A stretch of DNA of 46,593 nucleotides, from the NCBI GenBank assembly GCA_017610335.1, contig JAFCCG010000002.1, forward strand, positions 1-46,593. The letters run 5' to 3'. Position numbers and translations under genes: made by a program. Origin of the DNA: Chloroflexota bacterium (GTDB lineage: Archaea; Iainarchaeota; Iainarchaeia; Iainarchaeales; GCA-2688035). Under the pieces are notes generated by a model. The model had not been told where the DNA came from and made no database searches. It saw nothing but the letters and a program-made list of their open reading frames with translations. Below are positions 9,538 to 19,648 of the stretch, one piece after another. The first letter of the stretch is position 1, and every line of letters begins with the position of its first letter.

Positions 9538-10236
9538 ATGGCTAAAAATAATGAAAGTGTTTCCTTTTTTTTCCCAGCATACTATGATAAAAAAAGCCTT
9601 CCAAAACTTGTTTCCGACTTTTATAAAACTCTTCAAAAGACAGGGCGAGATTTTGAAATAATAATAATAGACGATTGTAGCCCTGATGGAACAGGCGCGG
9701 TTGCGAACAAACTTGCCAAAAAATTTCCAAAGGTTAGAGTAATTCACAACCCAAAAAATTTGGGATATGGTGGCGTATTGTTCGCAGGATTTAATTCAGC
9801 AAAAAAAGACCTGGTTGGCTTTACCGACGGGGATGCACAGTATTCTGCAAATGACTTTGGGAAATTTCTGGAAGCAATAAAGGACGCAGATTTTGTCATA
9901 GGATACAGGATGAACAGGGCCGAGGGTGTTAGCAGGATGATTATACAAAATGGCAACAAGGTTGCATTGTTTTTATTTTTTGGCATGCGCTTTAGGGATT
10001 GTGACTGCGGCTTCAAGATGATTAGAAAAAATGTTTTCAAAAAGGTGACACCGCATTCAAAAGGCGGATTTTTCAGCGCGGAAATGATTTACCGTGCAAA
10101 AAAGAACGGTTTGAGAATTAAAGAAGTTCCAGTAACACATTTGAAAAGGCCTTTTGGAAAAAGTACTTTTTTGAGATGGGGCAAAATTTTTGACTTTATT
10201 GAGGATATGCTGAAAATGCGGATTGGAAAACTTTAA
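9538..10236 (+). CDS. GT2 glycosyltransferase (DPM1-like)
   Basis: FFFPAY, IDDCSPD, NLGYG, DGDAQY, DCDCGFK; start reassigned to ATG 9538 because the upstream sequence is the radical SAM remnant. Confidence 0.88.
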   Translation: MAKNNESVSFFFPAYYDKKSLPKLVSDFYKTLQKTGRDFEIIIIDDCSPDGTGAVANKLAKKFPKVRVIHNPKNLGYGGVLFAGFNSAKKDLVGFTDGDAQYSANDFGKFLEAIKDADFVIGYRMNRAEGVSRMIIQNGNKVALFLFFGMRFRDCDCGFKMIRKNVFKKVTPHSKGGFFSAEMIYRAKKNGLRIKEVPVTHLKRPFGKSTFLRWGKIFDFIEDMLKMRIGKL

Positions 10237-10265
10237 TAAAAGGTTTTGCACCAATAAGTTTTGCA

Positions 10266-11183
10266 ATGAGTAATTACCTTGTTTTAGGAGCAAATGGTCT
10301 TATTGGCAGCAGTGTTTCAGAACGACTTGCTATAGAAGGCCATAACATACGAGCCTTTGACCTGTTTCAGGGACATGACAACCTTGTAGGCATTGAATCT
10401 ATTGAAAAAATGAAGGCAGATTATTTGAAGGAAGAAGACTTAAAAAAAGCAGTCAAAGAAATTGAAACAGTGTTTCATTGCATTCATACAACGATTCCAA
10501 GAACAAGTGTTGAAAAACCATTGTTTGACGCTGAAACAAACATTGTTCCAAGTCTCAGACTTTTGGAACAGGCAACAAAGGCAGGCGTGAAAAAAATCGT
10601 TTACATCAGCTCTTTGGCAGTTTATGGAAACCCATTAAACAATCCAATTAAGGAAACTGATGCCATGCAACCAATTTCCCCATATGGTGTGTCAAAGCTT
10701 GCAATTGAAAAGTATTTGGAATTGTTTTACAAAAACCATGGACTGGATTACACAATATTAAGACTTGCACCAACCTACGGTGAAAGGCAAAGAGTTTCTC
10801 CAGGATCAGGAGTTATAGCAAACTTTGTTTTTAATTCACTGCATGAAAAGCCAATTATAATGTACGGAAACGGAAATGCTGAAAGAAACTTTTTGTTTGT
10901 TGAAGACTCTGCAAAAGGCATTTCCAAAGCAGCTTTCAAGAAAACTAAATCAAAAATTTTCAATTTGGGCGGCTCCGAAACTGTAAGTGTGAAGCAATTA
11001 GCAGGGAAGGTGGCAAACGCAACAGGCAAAAAATTGAAAATAAACCATATTGAAAAAAAAAACGAGATTGAAAAGCTTGTATGCGATTTTACCAGGGCAA
11101 AACAAGAACTTTTATGGAAACCAGAAGTCAAGTTGGATGAAGGCATAAAAAGATGTGTTGCAACATTTAAAAAAGGAGAGTAA
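10266..11183 (+). CDS. NAD-dependent epimerase/dehydratase (GalE-like SDR)
   Basis: GANGLIG, SSLAVYG, YGVSK catalytic motif. Confidence 0.9.
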   Translation: MSNYLVLGANGLIGSSVSERLAIEGHNIRAFDLFQGHDNLVGIESIEKMKADYLKEEDLKKAVKEIETVFHCIHTTIPRTSVEKPLFDAETNIVPSLRLLEQATKAGVKKIVYISSLAVYGNPLNNPIKETDAMQPISPYGVSKLAIEKYLELFYKNHGLDYTILRLAPTYGERQRVSPGSGVIANFVFNSLHEKPIIMYGNGNAERNFLFVEDSAKGISKAAFKKTKSKIFNLGGSETVSVKQLAGKVANATGKKLKINHIEKKNEIEKLVCDFTRAKQELLWKPEVKLDEGIKRCVATFKKGE

Positions 11184-11188
11184 TTTGA

Positions 11189-11947
11189 ATGGAAAAAAAG
11201 TATGCCTCAAAGTACTTCAATCTGGAAGACGAGCATTGGTGGTTTAAGGCAAGGCGTGACATAATAGGCAGAATAATTAAAGAAATGCCAAAGAAGGCAA
11301 AGATTTTGGATGTCGGATGCAGCGGAGGCGTTTTAATTAATGCGCTCAAGGAAAATGGCTTTTGGGACATCAGCGGAATTGACATCAGCGAAGAAGCCAT
11401 TGAAAAGTGCAAAAAGACAGGGCTAAAAAAAGTAAAAAAAGCCGACGGAGCAAAAACCGGCTTTAAGGCAAACAGCTTCGACCTGATAATTGCTTCAGAT
11501 GTCCTTGAACACATTAAAGAAGAAAAGAAAGCACTAAAAGAATGGAAAAAGATTTTGAAGAAAAACGGAAAACTTCTGGTTTTTGTGCCAGCAGTTGATT
11601 TTTTGTGGAGCGCTCACGATGTGGCAAACGCGCATTGTAGAAGATACAAAAAGAAAAAGCTTTGCAAAGCGTTAAAGGAAGCTGGTTTTGAAGTGTTGCA
11701 ATCAGGCTATTGGAACTTTTTTTTGTTTCTTCCGGTAAGCATTTCAAGAATTGTGCAGAACCTTTTTATTCAACCGGAAAAGAGACATGAAAGGAGAGAC
11801 CAACTGGTAAAAGCTGGTAGAATTTCAAACAGGCTGTTGACTGAATTACTTTTGCTTGAAAACAGGATGTTTTCAAACAAGGTTAACTTTCCTTTTGGAG
11901 TAAGCATTTTTGCACTAGGCAAAAATTTTGAGATTGCACCAAAATAA
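11189..11947 (+). CDS. Class I SAM-dependent methyltransferase
   Basis: EDEHWWFKARR, LDVGCSGG, DVLEHI, HCRRY; a type common in glycan loci. Confidence 0.9.
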   Translation: MEKKYASKYFNLEDEHWWFKARRDIIGRIIKEMPKKAKILDVGCSGGVLINALKENGFWDISGIDISEEAIEKCKKTGLKKVKKADGAKTGFKANSFDLIIASDVLEHIKEEKKALKEWKKILKKNGKLLVFVPAVDFLWSAHDVANAHCRRYKKKKLCKALKEAGFEVLQSGYWNFFLFLPVSISRIVQNLFIQPEKRHERRDQLVKAGRISNRLLTELLLLENRMFSNKVNFPFGVSIFALGKNFEIAPK

Positions 11948-12107
11948 TTTATAATCTGTTGCAAGCCATATTTTAGTATTGGCAAAGCCGGTGAATCAAA
12001 TAAATATTGCCAACAGAAACTATACTTATAGAATTAGTAGAAAACAAACGGAGTCAATTAAATAGCAAAGGCATTAGCTGAAAAGAAAACAGTTCTATTG
12101 GTTCAGC

Positions 12108-12278
12108 AGACCCATTCATGTGGATTGTTTACACAGACGTTATCTTAATCGTTCTCGGATTCCTTTTGATAATTCTTGCACTAATCGCAAACCTTGTTGA
12201 CAGACAAAAAAGAATACAGGAAGAAATCCTTTACAGAATTAAGAAAAAAGAAATTGAAAAAATTCAATAAATCAAAAA
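12108..12278 (+). repeat. Direct repeat copy 2: orphan 3' end of GT2 gene 8316..9296
   Basis: Matches 9134-9304 with one mismatch. Confidence 0.95.
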
Positions 12279-12279
12279 C

Positions 12280-13575
12280 TTACGATTTCTTTTTTCTAAA
12301 CATTTGTGAAAAGTATTTTATACCTGAAAGCAAGAGCTTTGGATTTTTTGCAACCCTTTTCAAAACATAACCTGGCCTAAAGTAAACTTCTTTGTAAGCC
12401 TTTTTGTACATTTTTTCAACAAGGTCTTTGTCAAGGTCGCCAAATTCATAATATGCTTTTCCAGAATAACTACCAAAAGATGCCCAATCTTCTACCAAAA
12501 ACTTTCCTTCCTTTTCAACCATTCCATAAAGCTCGGTTCCGGGATAAGGAACTGTCACAGTAAATTGCACAAGATCCAAAGGAAGTTTTTTTGCAAAATC
12601 AATTGTTTCCTGCATTGTTTTCTCATTATCAAAAGGCAATCCAATCATAAAAAATCCAATTGTTTCAATCCCTGCTTCCTTTGCCCATCTTACAGCATTC
12701 TCAACCTGCTCTAACTTAATTCCTTTCCCAACTTTATCTAATACTTTCTGATTTCCTGATTCAACACCAAAAGAAAGCTGATAACATCCTGCTTTTTTCA
12801 TAAGCTTAAGCAAAGGCAAATCCATAGTGTCAACCCTTACACCATTAGGGCAGGTCCAGGCAATTTTTATTTTTCTTTGAATTATTTCCCTGCAAATGTC
12901 AACAGTTCTTGCTCTATTTTGTGAAAAATTATCATCAATAAAAGCAATTTCCTTAACGCCGTACTCTTTTTGTAAATTTTCAATCTCGTCAACCACATTT
13001 TTTGCAGAACGCATTCTGTAAGTCCTTCCAAAAATTCCCTTAAAGCAGTAAACGCAGCCCCATGGACAGCCCCTTGAAGTCATAACCTTAAGGTAAGGAT
13101 GACGCCTTGTTGGTGCAGTATACTTTTCTAAAGGAAGGCCATGCCAATCAGGAAAAGGAATTAAATCAATGTCTTTTACTAAGGTCCCTCGGATTATTTT
13201 TTTCTTTGAAGAAAAAATTTCAAGAACACTGTTTTCTCCTTCTCCAACAACAACTTTATCAGCATGTTCCAATGCTTCTTTTGGCATTATTGAAGCATGC
13301 GGACCTCCAATCACAACCTTTTTTCCACTTGCCCTGTAAGCGTCAGCCATTTTGTAAGCTTGTTTTGCAGTAGGAGTAAAAATTGTTAAACCAACCCACT
13401 CTGTTTCAACAGATTTGGGAGATGTTGACATTCCTGCTGTTTCATCAATAAGCACTGTCCTAATCCTGTTCTTTTCAAGAATTGCTTTCAAATAAGCAAT
13501 GCCCAAAGGCGGGCTTGGATGTGCTACATATACCCCAAATGCAGGATTAATCAGGGTAATTGAATGTTCTACCAT
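12280..13575 (-). CDS. Cobalamin-binding radical SAM protein (class B methyltransferase-like)
   Basis: PPLGIAYL, GGPHAS, GEGE, TSRGCPWGCVYC, FGVESG; likely start ATG 13575 (ORF track starts at 13632). Confidence 0.9.
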   Translation of the reverse strand: MVEHSITLINPAFGVYVAHPSPPLGIAYLKAILEKNRIRTVLIDETAGMSTSPKSVETEWVGLTIFTPTAKQAYKMADAYRASGKKVVIGGPHASIMPKEALEHADKVVVGEGENSVLEIFSSKKKIIRGTLVKDIDLIPFPDWHGLPLEKYTAPTRRHPYLKVMTSRGCPWGCVYCFKGIFGRTYRMRSAKNVVDEIENLQKEYGVKEIAFIDDNFSQNRARTVDICREIIQRKIKIAWTCPNGVRVDTMDLPLLKLMKKAGCYQLSFGVESGNQKVLDKVGKGIKLEQVENAVRWAKEAGIETIGFFMIGLPFDNEKTMQETIDFAKKLPLDLVQFTVTVPYPGTELYGMVEKEGKFLVEDWASFGSYSGKAYYEFGDLDKDLVEKMYKKAYKEVYFRPGYVLKRVAKNPKLLLSGIKYFSQMFRKKKS

Positions 13576-13707
13576 AAAAAAAATTAAACCAGCAAGTGTT
13601 TTAATTTGGTTTGGTTTCCAAGATTGTACCAAATTGGTTAAGTTAAAAAAGAAAACCTCTTTGATTATTATTTATAGTAATCACTTAGAATTAGTTTTGG
13701 TGACCTT

Positions 13708-15120
13708 ATGAATATTGTATTTTTGAACCCCCCATTTAAAGGAATATACAACAGAGAAGTCAGGTTTCAGGCAGTTTCGCCACAAAAGGCACTGCACCCG
13801 CCGATAATTTTAGGATATGCCACAGCAGTCTGCCAAAGAAACAAACACAAAGTTGATTTGATTGACGCACCAGCTCTTGAAATTTCAATGGAAGAAACCA
13901 TAAAAAGAATTTCAGATTTCGAACCGGAATATGTTGTAATGCTTACATCAACAGCATCTGTTGAAAGCGATGCAGGTCTTGCAAAAAAAATTGCTGCAGA
14001 AACAGGTGCAAAAACAATTGCAGTAGGAGTTCACGCAACAGCTATTCCGGAAGACACATTAAAACAAGGCTTCGACATTGTTGCAAAAGGAGAATACGAA
14101 TATACAATTGCTGAAATTGCAAAAGGAATTCCTTTGGAAAAAATTGAAGGAATTTCATTCAAAAAAGGCAACAAGTTTATACATAACAAAGCACGTCCGT
14201 TAATCAAAGATCTTGATAATTTACCATACCCTGCAAGAGAATTCCTTCCAAACGAAAAATATTATTCGGCTTTATACAAAAACCCGTTTACTTTTGTGCT
14301 TGCAGGCAGAGGCTGTCCACACCAATGCATTTATTGTGCAGGACCACAACTCATGTCTGGCAGGGGTTATAGAATGAGGTCTCCTGAAAACGTTGTTAAA
14401 GAATTAAAATACCTTAAAGAAAATTTCAAATTCAAAAGCGTGCTGTTTAATGACGATACTTTGAATGTCAACAAAAAATATTTGCTTGAATTATGTGATT
14501 TGATTGTTAAAGAAAAGATTGAAATGCCATGGGTTGCATACAGCAGAGTTGACTCTGTTGATGAAGAGATTGCAAAAGCAATGAAAAGGGCCGGGTGCTT
14601 TCTTGTAAAAATAGGATTTGAATCAGGTTGCGATGAACAACTTAAAACAATGAAGAAAGGACCAAGGGCAACAACAGAACAAGGAAAAAAAGCTGCAAAA
14701 TGTTTTGAGAACGCAGGCATTCAGGTTCATGGAACATTTGTTTTTGGAATGCCTGGCGAAACAGTTGAAAGCATTAAGAAAACCATCAAATATGCAAAAG
14801 AACTTAATATTGACTTTGTACAGTTCAGTGTTGCCCAACCATACCCTGGAACAGAATTTTATGATTTCCTTAAAAGCAAGAACTATTTAAAATTTGAAAA
14901 ATGGTCAGATTACCTTGATTCCGATGGAAAAATCAGACCAATTTTTGAATATCCAAACCTTAGTGCAAAAGACATGCAATACTGGCTAAAACAAGCTTAC
15001 AAAGAATATTATTTAAGACCAAAATATATGTTTAAAGCATTAAAGCAAAGGATTACAAACAGGAATCTTCTAAAAACAAGCTTTAGAAGCGGATGGAGTC
15101 TTTTGCAATATATAAAATAA
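13708..15120 (+). CDS. Cobalamin-binding radical SAM protein (HpnJ/BchE-like)
   Basis: GVHATA, GEYE, GRGCPHQCIYC, IGFESG, PYPGT; GGTGA RBS. Confidence 0.9.
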   Translation: MNIVFLNPPFKGIYNREVRFQAVSPQKALHPPIILGYATAVCQRNKHKVDLIDAPALEISMEETIKRISDFEPEYVVMLTSTASVESDAGLAKKIAAETGAKTIAVGVHATAIPEDTLKQGFDIVAKGEYEYTIAEIAKGIPLEKIEGISFKKGNKFIHNKARPLIKDLDNLPYPAREFLPNEKYYSALYKNPFTFVLAGRGCPHQCIYCAGPQLMSGRGYRMRSPENVVKELKYLKENFKFKSVLFNDDTLNVNKKYLLELCDLIVKEKIEMPWVAYSRVDSVDEEIAKAMKRAGCFLVKIGFESGCDEQLKTMKKGPRATTEQGKKAAKCFENAGIQVHGTFVFGMPGETVESIKKTIKYAKELNIDFVQFSVAQPYPGTEFYDFLKSKNYLKFEKWSDYLDSDGKIRPIFEYPNLSAKDMQYWLKQAYKEYYLRPKYMFKALKQRITNRNLLKTSFRSGWSLLQYIK

Positions 15121-15121
15121 C

Positions 15122-15232
15122 AGAATTCAAAAAAAAAGCACCAGCTTTAGCACATAAAACAACAGGATTTGAAAAAGCACCAGCTTTAGCATAGGAAATA
15201 AAAGAATTTGAAAAAGCATCAGCTTTTTTGCA
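15122..15232. repeat. Three imperfect tandem copies (period 39) of the 3' end of the GT4 gene
   Basis: aaaaagcaccagctttagca at 15133 and 15172; variant aaaaagcatcagcttt at 15211 contains the GT4 stop codon. Confidence 0.85.
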
Positions 15233-16424
15233 AGCGCAGAATCTTTTGGTATATTTCAAAACCCTTTTCAACAGCAGAATACCATGAAAAGTTTTTTTCA
15301 GTATAATCACGCGCATTCTTTGACATTCTTTTTCTCAAGATCTCATCTTTCAACAAAATATTCAGCTTTTTTGCAATTTCTTTTGGATTTTTTGGCTTTA
15401 CAAGAAATCCATTAAAGCCGTCCTTTACAACATCAATAAGACCACCAACTTTTGAAACAATAACCGGTTTACCACAAGCAGTTGCTTCTAGTGCAACAAT
15501 TCCCAAAGTTTCTGTTTCACCACGCGAATCAACAATTGAAGGAATTACAACAATATCTGCTTCATTCATCCACAAAGGCACATCAGCATTCTGCACCTCA
15601 CCAATAAAAATTATTTTGTCACTCAACCCTTTGCCCTTAACCATTTGCTTTAACTCTTTTTCTAAAGGTCCATGCCCAGCAATAACACATACCGCACCAT
15701 CTGATTTCACATAATGCATTGCTTCAATAAGGTAAACAAAACCCTTTTTTTCAACAAACCTGCCAATTGAAAAAATAATTTTTTTATTATTTTCAACGCC
15801 AATTTTTTTCCTAAGCCCAACTCTCGTCATTACCTTAAACTTTTTTTCATCAATGCTTGGCGAAACAATTCCAAAATCCTTAAGCTTTACAACAGCTTTT
15901 GCTTTTTCAAGAGTGTAAGAAGAATTAAACATTACAAAATCGCAGTTTCGCAACACAAACTTGGTCAAAGCCGTTTGAATAAAATTTCCAAAGACCATTC
16001 TGTGAACCCAAAGCACAACAGGCTTGCCAGTAAGCTTTTTTAAAATAATTCCAACAAGCCCGCTTGGAATCCACTGCGCATGAATTATATTTTTGCCCCT
16101 TGAATTTCCTAAAGCCTTGAGAAAAAAAGAAAGCATAAAAAAAGGAAACTGTATTTTTGCCACCAGGCTATTGGCAAGATTAAAAGCAACCCCGCCATGA
16201 TAGGCAATCCTCTGCCATTGCTTTGGAAAAAAATACTGAAAACGGTGAATTCTTATGCCGTCAACTTCTTCAAAGCCAAGGCTGTTTTCCCTGTTATGTG
16301 GAACAACAACATCAATGCCAACGCCTTTTTTTACAAGCCTTGACATAAACTCGTAATTGAAACTGTAATCGCCCTTAAAGCGAAGGAAAGATGTTACAAG
16401 CTGCAGTACTTTTGGTTCAGCCAT
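15219..16424 (-). CDS. Glycosyltransferase family 4 (GT-B)
   Basis: IIHAQW, GRFVEKKG, ETLGIVALEATACGKPVI. Confidence 0.92.
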   Translation of the reverse strand: MAEPKVLQLVTSFLRFKGDYSFNYEFMSRLVKKGVGIDVVVPHNRENSLGFEEVDGIRIHRFQYFFPKQWQRIAYHGGVAFNLANSLVAKIQFPFFMLSFFLKALGNSRGKNIIHAQWIPSGLVGIILKKLTGKPVVLWVHRMVFGNFIQTALTKFVLRNCDFVMFNSSYTLEKAKAVVKLKDFGIVSPSIDEKKFKVMTRVGLRKKIGVENNKKIIFSIGRFVEKKGFVYLIEAMHYVKSDGAVCVIAGHGPLEKELKQMVKGKGLSDKIIFIGEVQNADVPLWMNEADIVVIPSIVDSRGETETLGIVALEATACGKPVIVSKVGGLIDVVKDGFNGFLVKPKNPKEIAKKLNILLKDEILRKRMSKNARDYTEKNFSWYSAVEKGFEIYQKILRLQKS

Positions 16425-16546
16425 TAATTAAATAAAACAACAATCCAAATTTAAAAAGACTTGAAAAACCATGCAATGATTGCACCAAAGAAAGAAAAAG
16501 CTATATAAGCATTTTTGCAGCCGTTTGCAAATCAGCCTCTTTATTA

Positions 16547-17980
16547 TCACTTTCTTAAAACATTTTTTAGAACCAAAAAATCAAATGGCTTTAATTCACG
16601 CAAAGCAAGCAAAGCTAGTACATAAAGAATTGATAGTATGAGATATTTAAAAATCAGTAGCAAGCCAGATGCGGGAAATATACTGCCAAAAGCAAAAACA
16701 AGCAATGCCGAAAGCAGGATTTTTACAGTGACAGTTGCTGAAAGAAGCGAACCAAACACCCTTTTGATAACAATTCCTAACAATATAAGACCTAAAAAAG
16801 ATGCAATAGTTGTTGAAAAAGCTGCTCCAACCATTCCAATTTTTGGAACAGTAAACAGGTTTAGTGCAAAATCTACTATAAGTACAATAACTCCAATCAA
16901 AAAAGTTATTTTTGCCATGCCTACTGCCGAAAGAATTGTTACGAAAATTAAAAAAAAGGCAAAAACTCCAAATCCAATTGCAAGAATTTCCAATGGAACA
17001 GCAGCAGGAGCATATCCTGAACCATAAACAAAGTCAATTATTTCCGAGGCAGTTGAAGAAAAAATCGCTGAAAGAAAGGCAATTATAAAAAAAGAATAGC
17101 GCAAAGAATGGTTTATGTAAAAGGCGGTCTTTTTCTTGTTGCCTTTGAAGGAAGCACTTGAAACAAGAGGAAATGCAACAAATGAGATTGCAACCACCAG
17201 TGTTGGAATGACCTTTGCAATTGTGCCAGCTGCATTATAATATCCTGCAAGAGCACTTGAAATTGAAATGTCTGTAAAAGCTTTGACTGCAAAAAGGTCA
17301 AAGCTCATCAAGAGAGTGGTTATTAGTGCAAGACCACCAATTGGAACAGCAAATGCAATCATTTTGTCAGGATTTAAAGGCTTACTGTTAATCTTTAAGC
17401 CGGCCATGAAACAGGCAACCAGCAGTAAAAACAGTGATGAAAGAATAAAACCAGATATTGCTCCAAAAAGCCCAAAGCCAAGCAGTACAAGTCCAATTAT
17501 CAGAACTACTTTTGCAAAAGAGTGAATGCCAACAAGTTTTGATTGCAGGGAAAAACGCTTGAGACCGTTTAAAGACCCTGAGAAAAGCCTGAAAAGAGGT
17601 TGCAAAAGAATCAATGGCGAGATTAAGTAGATAAAAGGCGTGAGGGAAATATCGTTCAGCATGAATGCGATAAATGGCACAAGTAAAACAAAAACAATGA
17701 AAATAACGGATGAAATGGAAAGATGCAGCAGTAGTGCGGTTTTTTTGACACGTTCGTTTTGATCTGGTCTTTCAGAAACAAATTTTGAAACTGTTTGCTC
17801 CATAGTAGTCACTAAGACGGTGTTTATGACCATAACCAGTGAGATTGTAACTCCATAGATTCCAAAATCAGCTGCTCCCAAAAGCCGCCCCAAAGCAAAG
17901 TATACAATATAGCTTGAAATGAAAGACGCAAAGTATGACAAAAAGATGAAAAAAGCACCTCTTTCAATTGTTCCTGCCAA
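16547..17980 (-). CDS. Oligosaccharide flippase (Wzx/MOP family)
   Basis: GRLLGAADFGIY, AGYYNAA, GMVGAAFST; multi-TM. Confidence 0.9.
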   Translation of the reverse strand: MAGTIERGAFFIFLSYFASFISSYIVYFALGRLLGAADFGIYGVTISLVMVINTVLVTTMEQTVSKFVSERPDQNERVKKTALLLHLSISSVIFIVFVLLVPFIAFMLNDISLTPFIYLISPLILLQPLFRLFSGSLNGLKRFSLQSKLVGIHSFAKVVLIIGLVLLGFGLFGAISGFILSSLFLLLVACFMAGLKINSKPLNPDKMIAFAVPIGGLALITTLLMSFDLFAVKAFTDISISSALAGYYNAAGTIAKVIPTLVVAISFVAFPLVSSASFKGNKKKTAFYINHSLRYSFFIIAFLSAIFSSTASEIIDFVYGSGYAPAAVPLEILAIGFGVFAFFLIFVTILSAVGMAKITFLIGVIVLIVDFALNLFTVPKIGMVGAAFSTTIASFLGLILLGIVIKRVFGSLLSATVTVKILLSALLVFAFGSIFPASGLLLIFKYLILSILYVLALLALRELKPFDFLVLKNVLRK

Positions 17981-17989
17981 GAAAACACC

Positions 17990-19270
17990 TTATCGTCCAA
18001 TTCCCTTGTAACAAATTCCCTGTTTTTTAATTCCATTTTTGTCAAGAACATTTCTTGCGTCAATAACCGCTTTAACACCCTTTGATTTTAAAAAGATTGG
18101 CGAAAGCTTTTTCAGGAAAACCGTGTGATTTGTTACAAGCACAATAAGGTCTGCTTTATCCAAGGCTTTGTCTAAAGAATTTACAGTACTTGTTTCTTTT
18201 ACCCAAGGGTCAAAGATTGTTGTCCTGTAACCCTTTAATTTAAGAAGACTAATTATTTTTAGTGCAGGACTTTTTCTTGTGTCTCCAACATTTGGCTTGT
18301 ATGAGAGACCAAGTACTGTAACTTTGCTTTTTTTTGGGTTAAGATTCATTTTTAGCAAAACTTCTTCTGCTAACAAGACAACATATGATGGCATACTTTC
18401 ATTAATTGAACGCGCAAGCTTTAGGAATTGATGCTCAAAACCGGCCTTTTCAGCTCTTGCAATAAGATAGTAAGGGTCTTGTGCAATACAATGGCCTCCA
18501 ACTCCTGGACCAGGGTAAAAAGGCATGTAACCAAAGGGTTTTGTACTTGCCCCCTTTATTACTTCAGCCAAATCAATGCCCATTTTGTCAAAGCTTTTGG
18601 CAAGCTCATTTACAAAAGCAATATTTACATCTCTAAAAGTGTTTTCAACAACCTTTACGGCTTCAGCACTTTTAACGCTTTTCAAAACATTTATTTTTGC
18701 ATCAATTATTGACGCATAAAACTTTCTTGCCTTTTCAGTTCCTTCAACTGAAAGACATGCAAGAACTCTTGGAATCTTTTCAATAGTAAATTCTTTATTT
18801 CCCGGGTCAATTCTTTCAGGACAATGACCTAAGAAAAAATCCTTTCCGGCCTTAAGACCTGAACCATTTTCAAGAATTGGCAATACAATTTCTTCAACAG
18901 TGCCAGGATAAATTGTTGACTCAATTATTATAAGCTCTTTTTTTGAAACAAAAGGAGCAATTTCTTTGCAGGCAGCCTCAACAAAACCAAGGTCTGGTTT
19001 GCCATCAATTGCGGGTGTTGGAACACACACAATTACAATATTTGTCAAATTAAGAGCTGTTTTTGCGTTGGTTGTCACCATTATTTTTCCAGCAACCAGA
19101 TTTTCTTCAACATAACTGTCTTTTATCGGAGATCTACCATTGTTTATCAAAGCAACCTTTTCACTATCCAAATCAAGCCCCCTTACTTCAAAGCCCTTTT
19201 TTGCGCAAAGGCAGGCAAAAGGCAATCCAACATAACCCAAACCAACAATGCAGACAGTATTTTGATTCAT
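17990..19270 (-). CDS. UDP-N-acetylhexosamine 6-dehydrogenase (WecC/WbpA type)
   Basis: GLGYVGLP, ESTIYPG, CPERIDPG, ENTFRDVNIA, GPGVGGHC. Confidence 0.9.
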   Translation of the reverse strand: MNQNTVCIVGLGYVGLPFACLCAKKGFEVRGLDLDSEKVALINNGRSPIKDSYVEENLVAGKIMVTTNAKTALNLTNIVIVCVPTPAIDGKPDLGFVEAACKEIAPFVSKKELIIIESTIYPGTVEEIVLPILENGSGLKAGKDFFLGHCPERIDPGNKEFTIEKIPRVLACLSVEGTEKARKFYASIIDAKINVLKSVKSAEAVKVVENTFRDVNIAFVNELAKSFDKMGIDLAEVIKGASTKPFGYMPFYPGPGVGGHCIAQDPYYLIARAEKAGFEHQFLKLARSINESMPSYVVLLAEEVLLKMNLNPKKSKVTVLGLSYKPNVGDTRKSPALKIISLLKLKGYRTTIFDPWVKETSTVNSLDKALDKADLIVLVTNHTVFLKKLSPIFLKSKGVKAVIDARNVLDKNGIKKQGICYKGIGR

Positions 19271-19407
19271 TAAAAAAATTAATACAAAAAGTGATTTAAA
19301 GGGATTATTGTGTGAAGATTGTATTAAGCTAGGAAATATTCATTCTTTTACAAAACCTTATTTCATTTTGCCACAGTACATTAATCAAAAAATGCGCATA
19401 AAAATAA

Positions 19408-19599
19408 CTATTTAAACTAAAAGACAACTGCAAAAAGTTCAGGACAAGAAATATTTCAATTGACGAAAAAGAAAGCGAAAAGACAATTGAAGCAAGAATC
19501 AAAAAGAATAAGGAAAGCAAATTGCTACAGGAAATCAAGGCTTTGAAAGGAGTTAAAAAGGTTGTCTTGTTTACCCACGAAGGAGAACTCGCTGAATGA
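19408..19599 (+). pseudogene. Start-less C-terminal gene remnant (resembles DUF4956-family C-terminus)
   Basis: Open frame ...KESKLLQEIKALKGVKKVVLFTHEGELAE* with a stop immediately upstream; family call is from recall only. Confidence 0.45.
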
Positions 19600-19648
19600 A
19601 AAAGCGATATGCAAAGAGATTTAAATCTATTATTATACGAGAATTATA

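Noticed and set aside
9134-12278. Repeat pairs as diversity-generating retroelement TR/VR
   Set aside because: No reverse transcriptase is in the window, and the copies are near-identical without an adenine-specific mismatch pattern.
3871-16489. Recurrent GATTG(T/C)ACCAAA motif (3873, 9357, 11932, 13622, 16478) as a recombination site
   Set aside because: Two copies belong to one larger duplication, and the others precede TATA-like boxes, so a BRE/promoter element explains it more simply.
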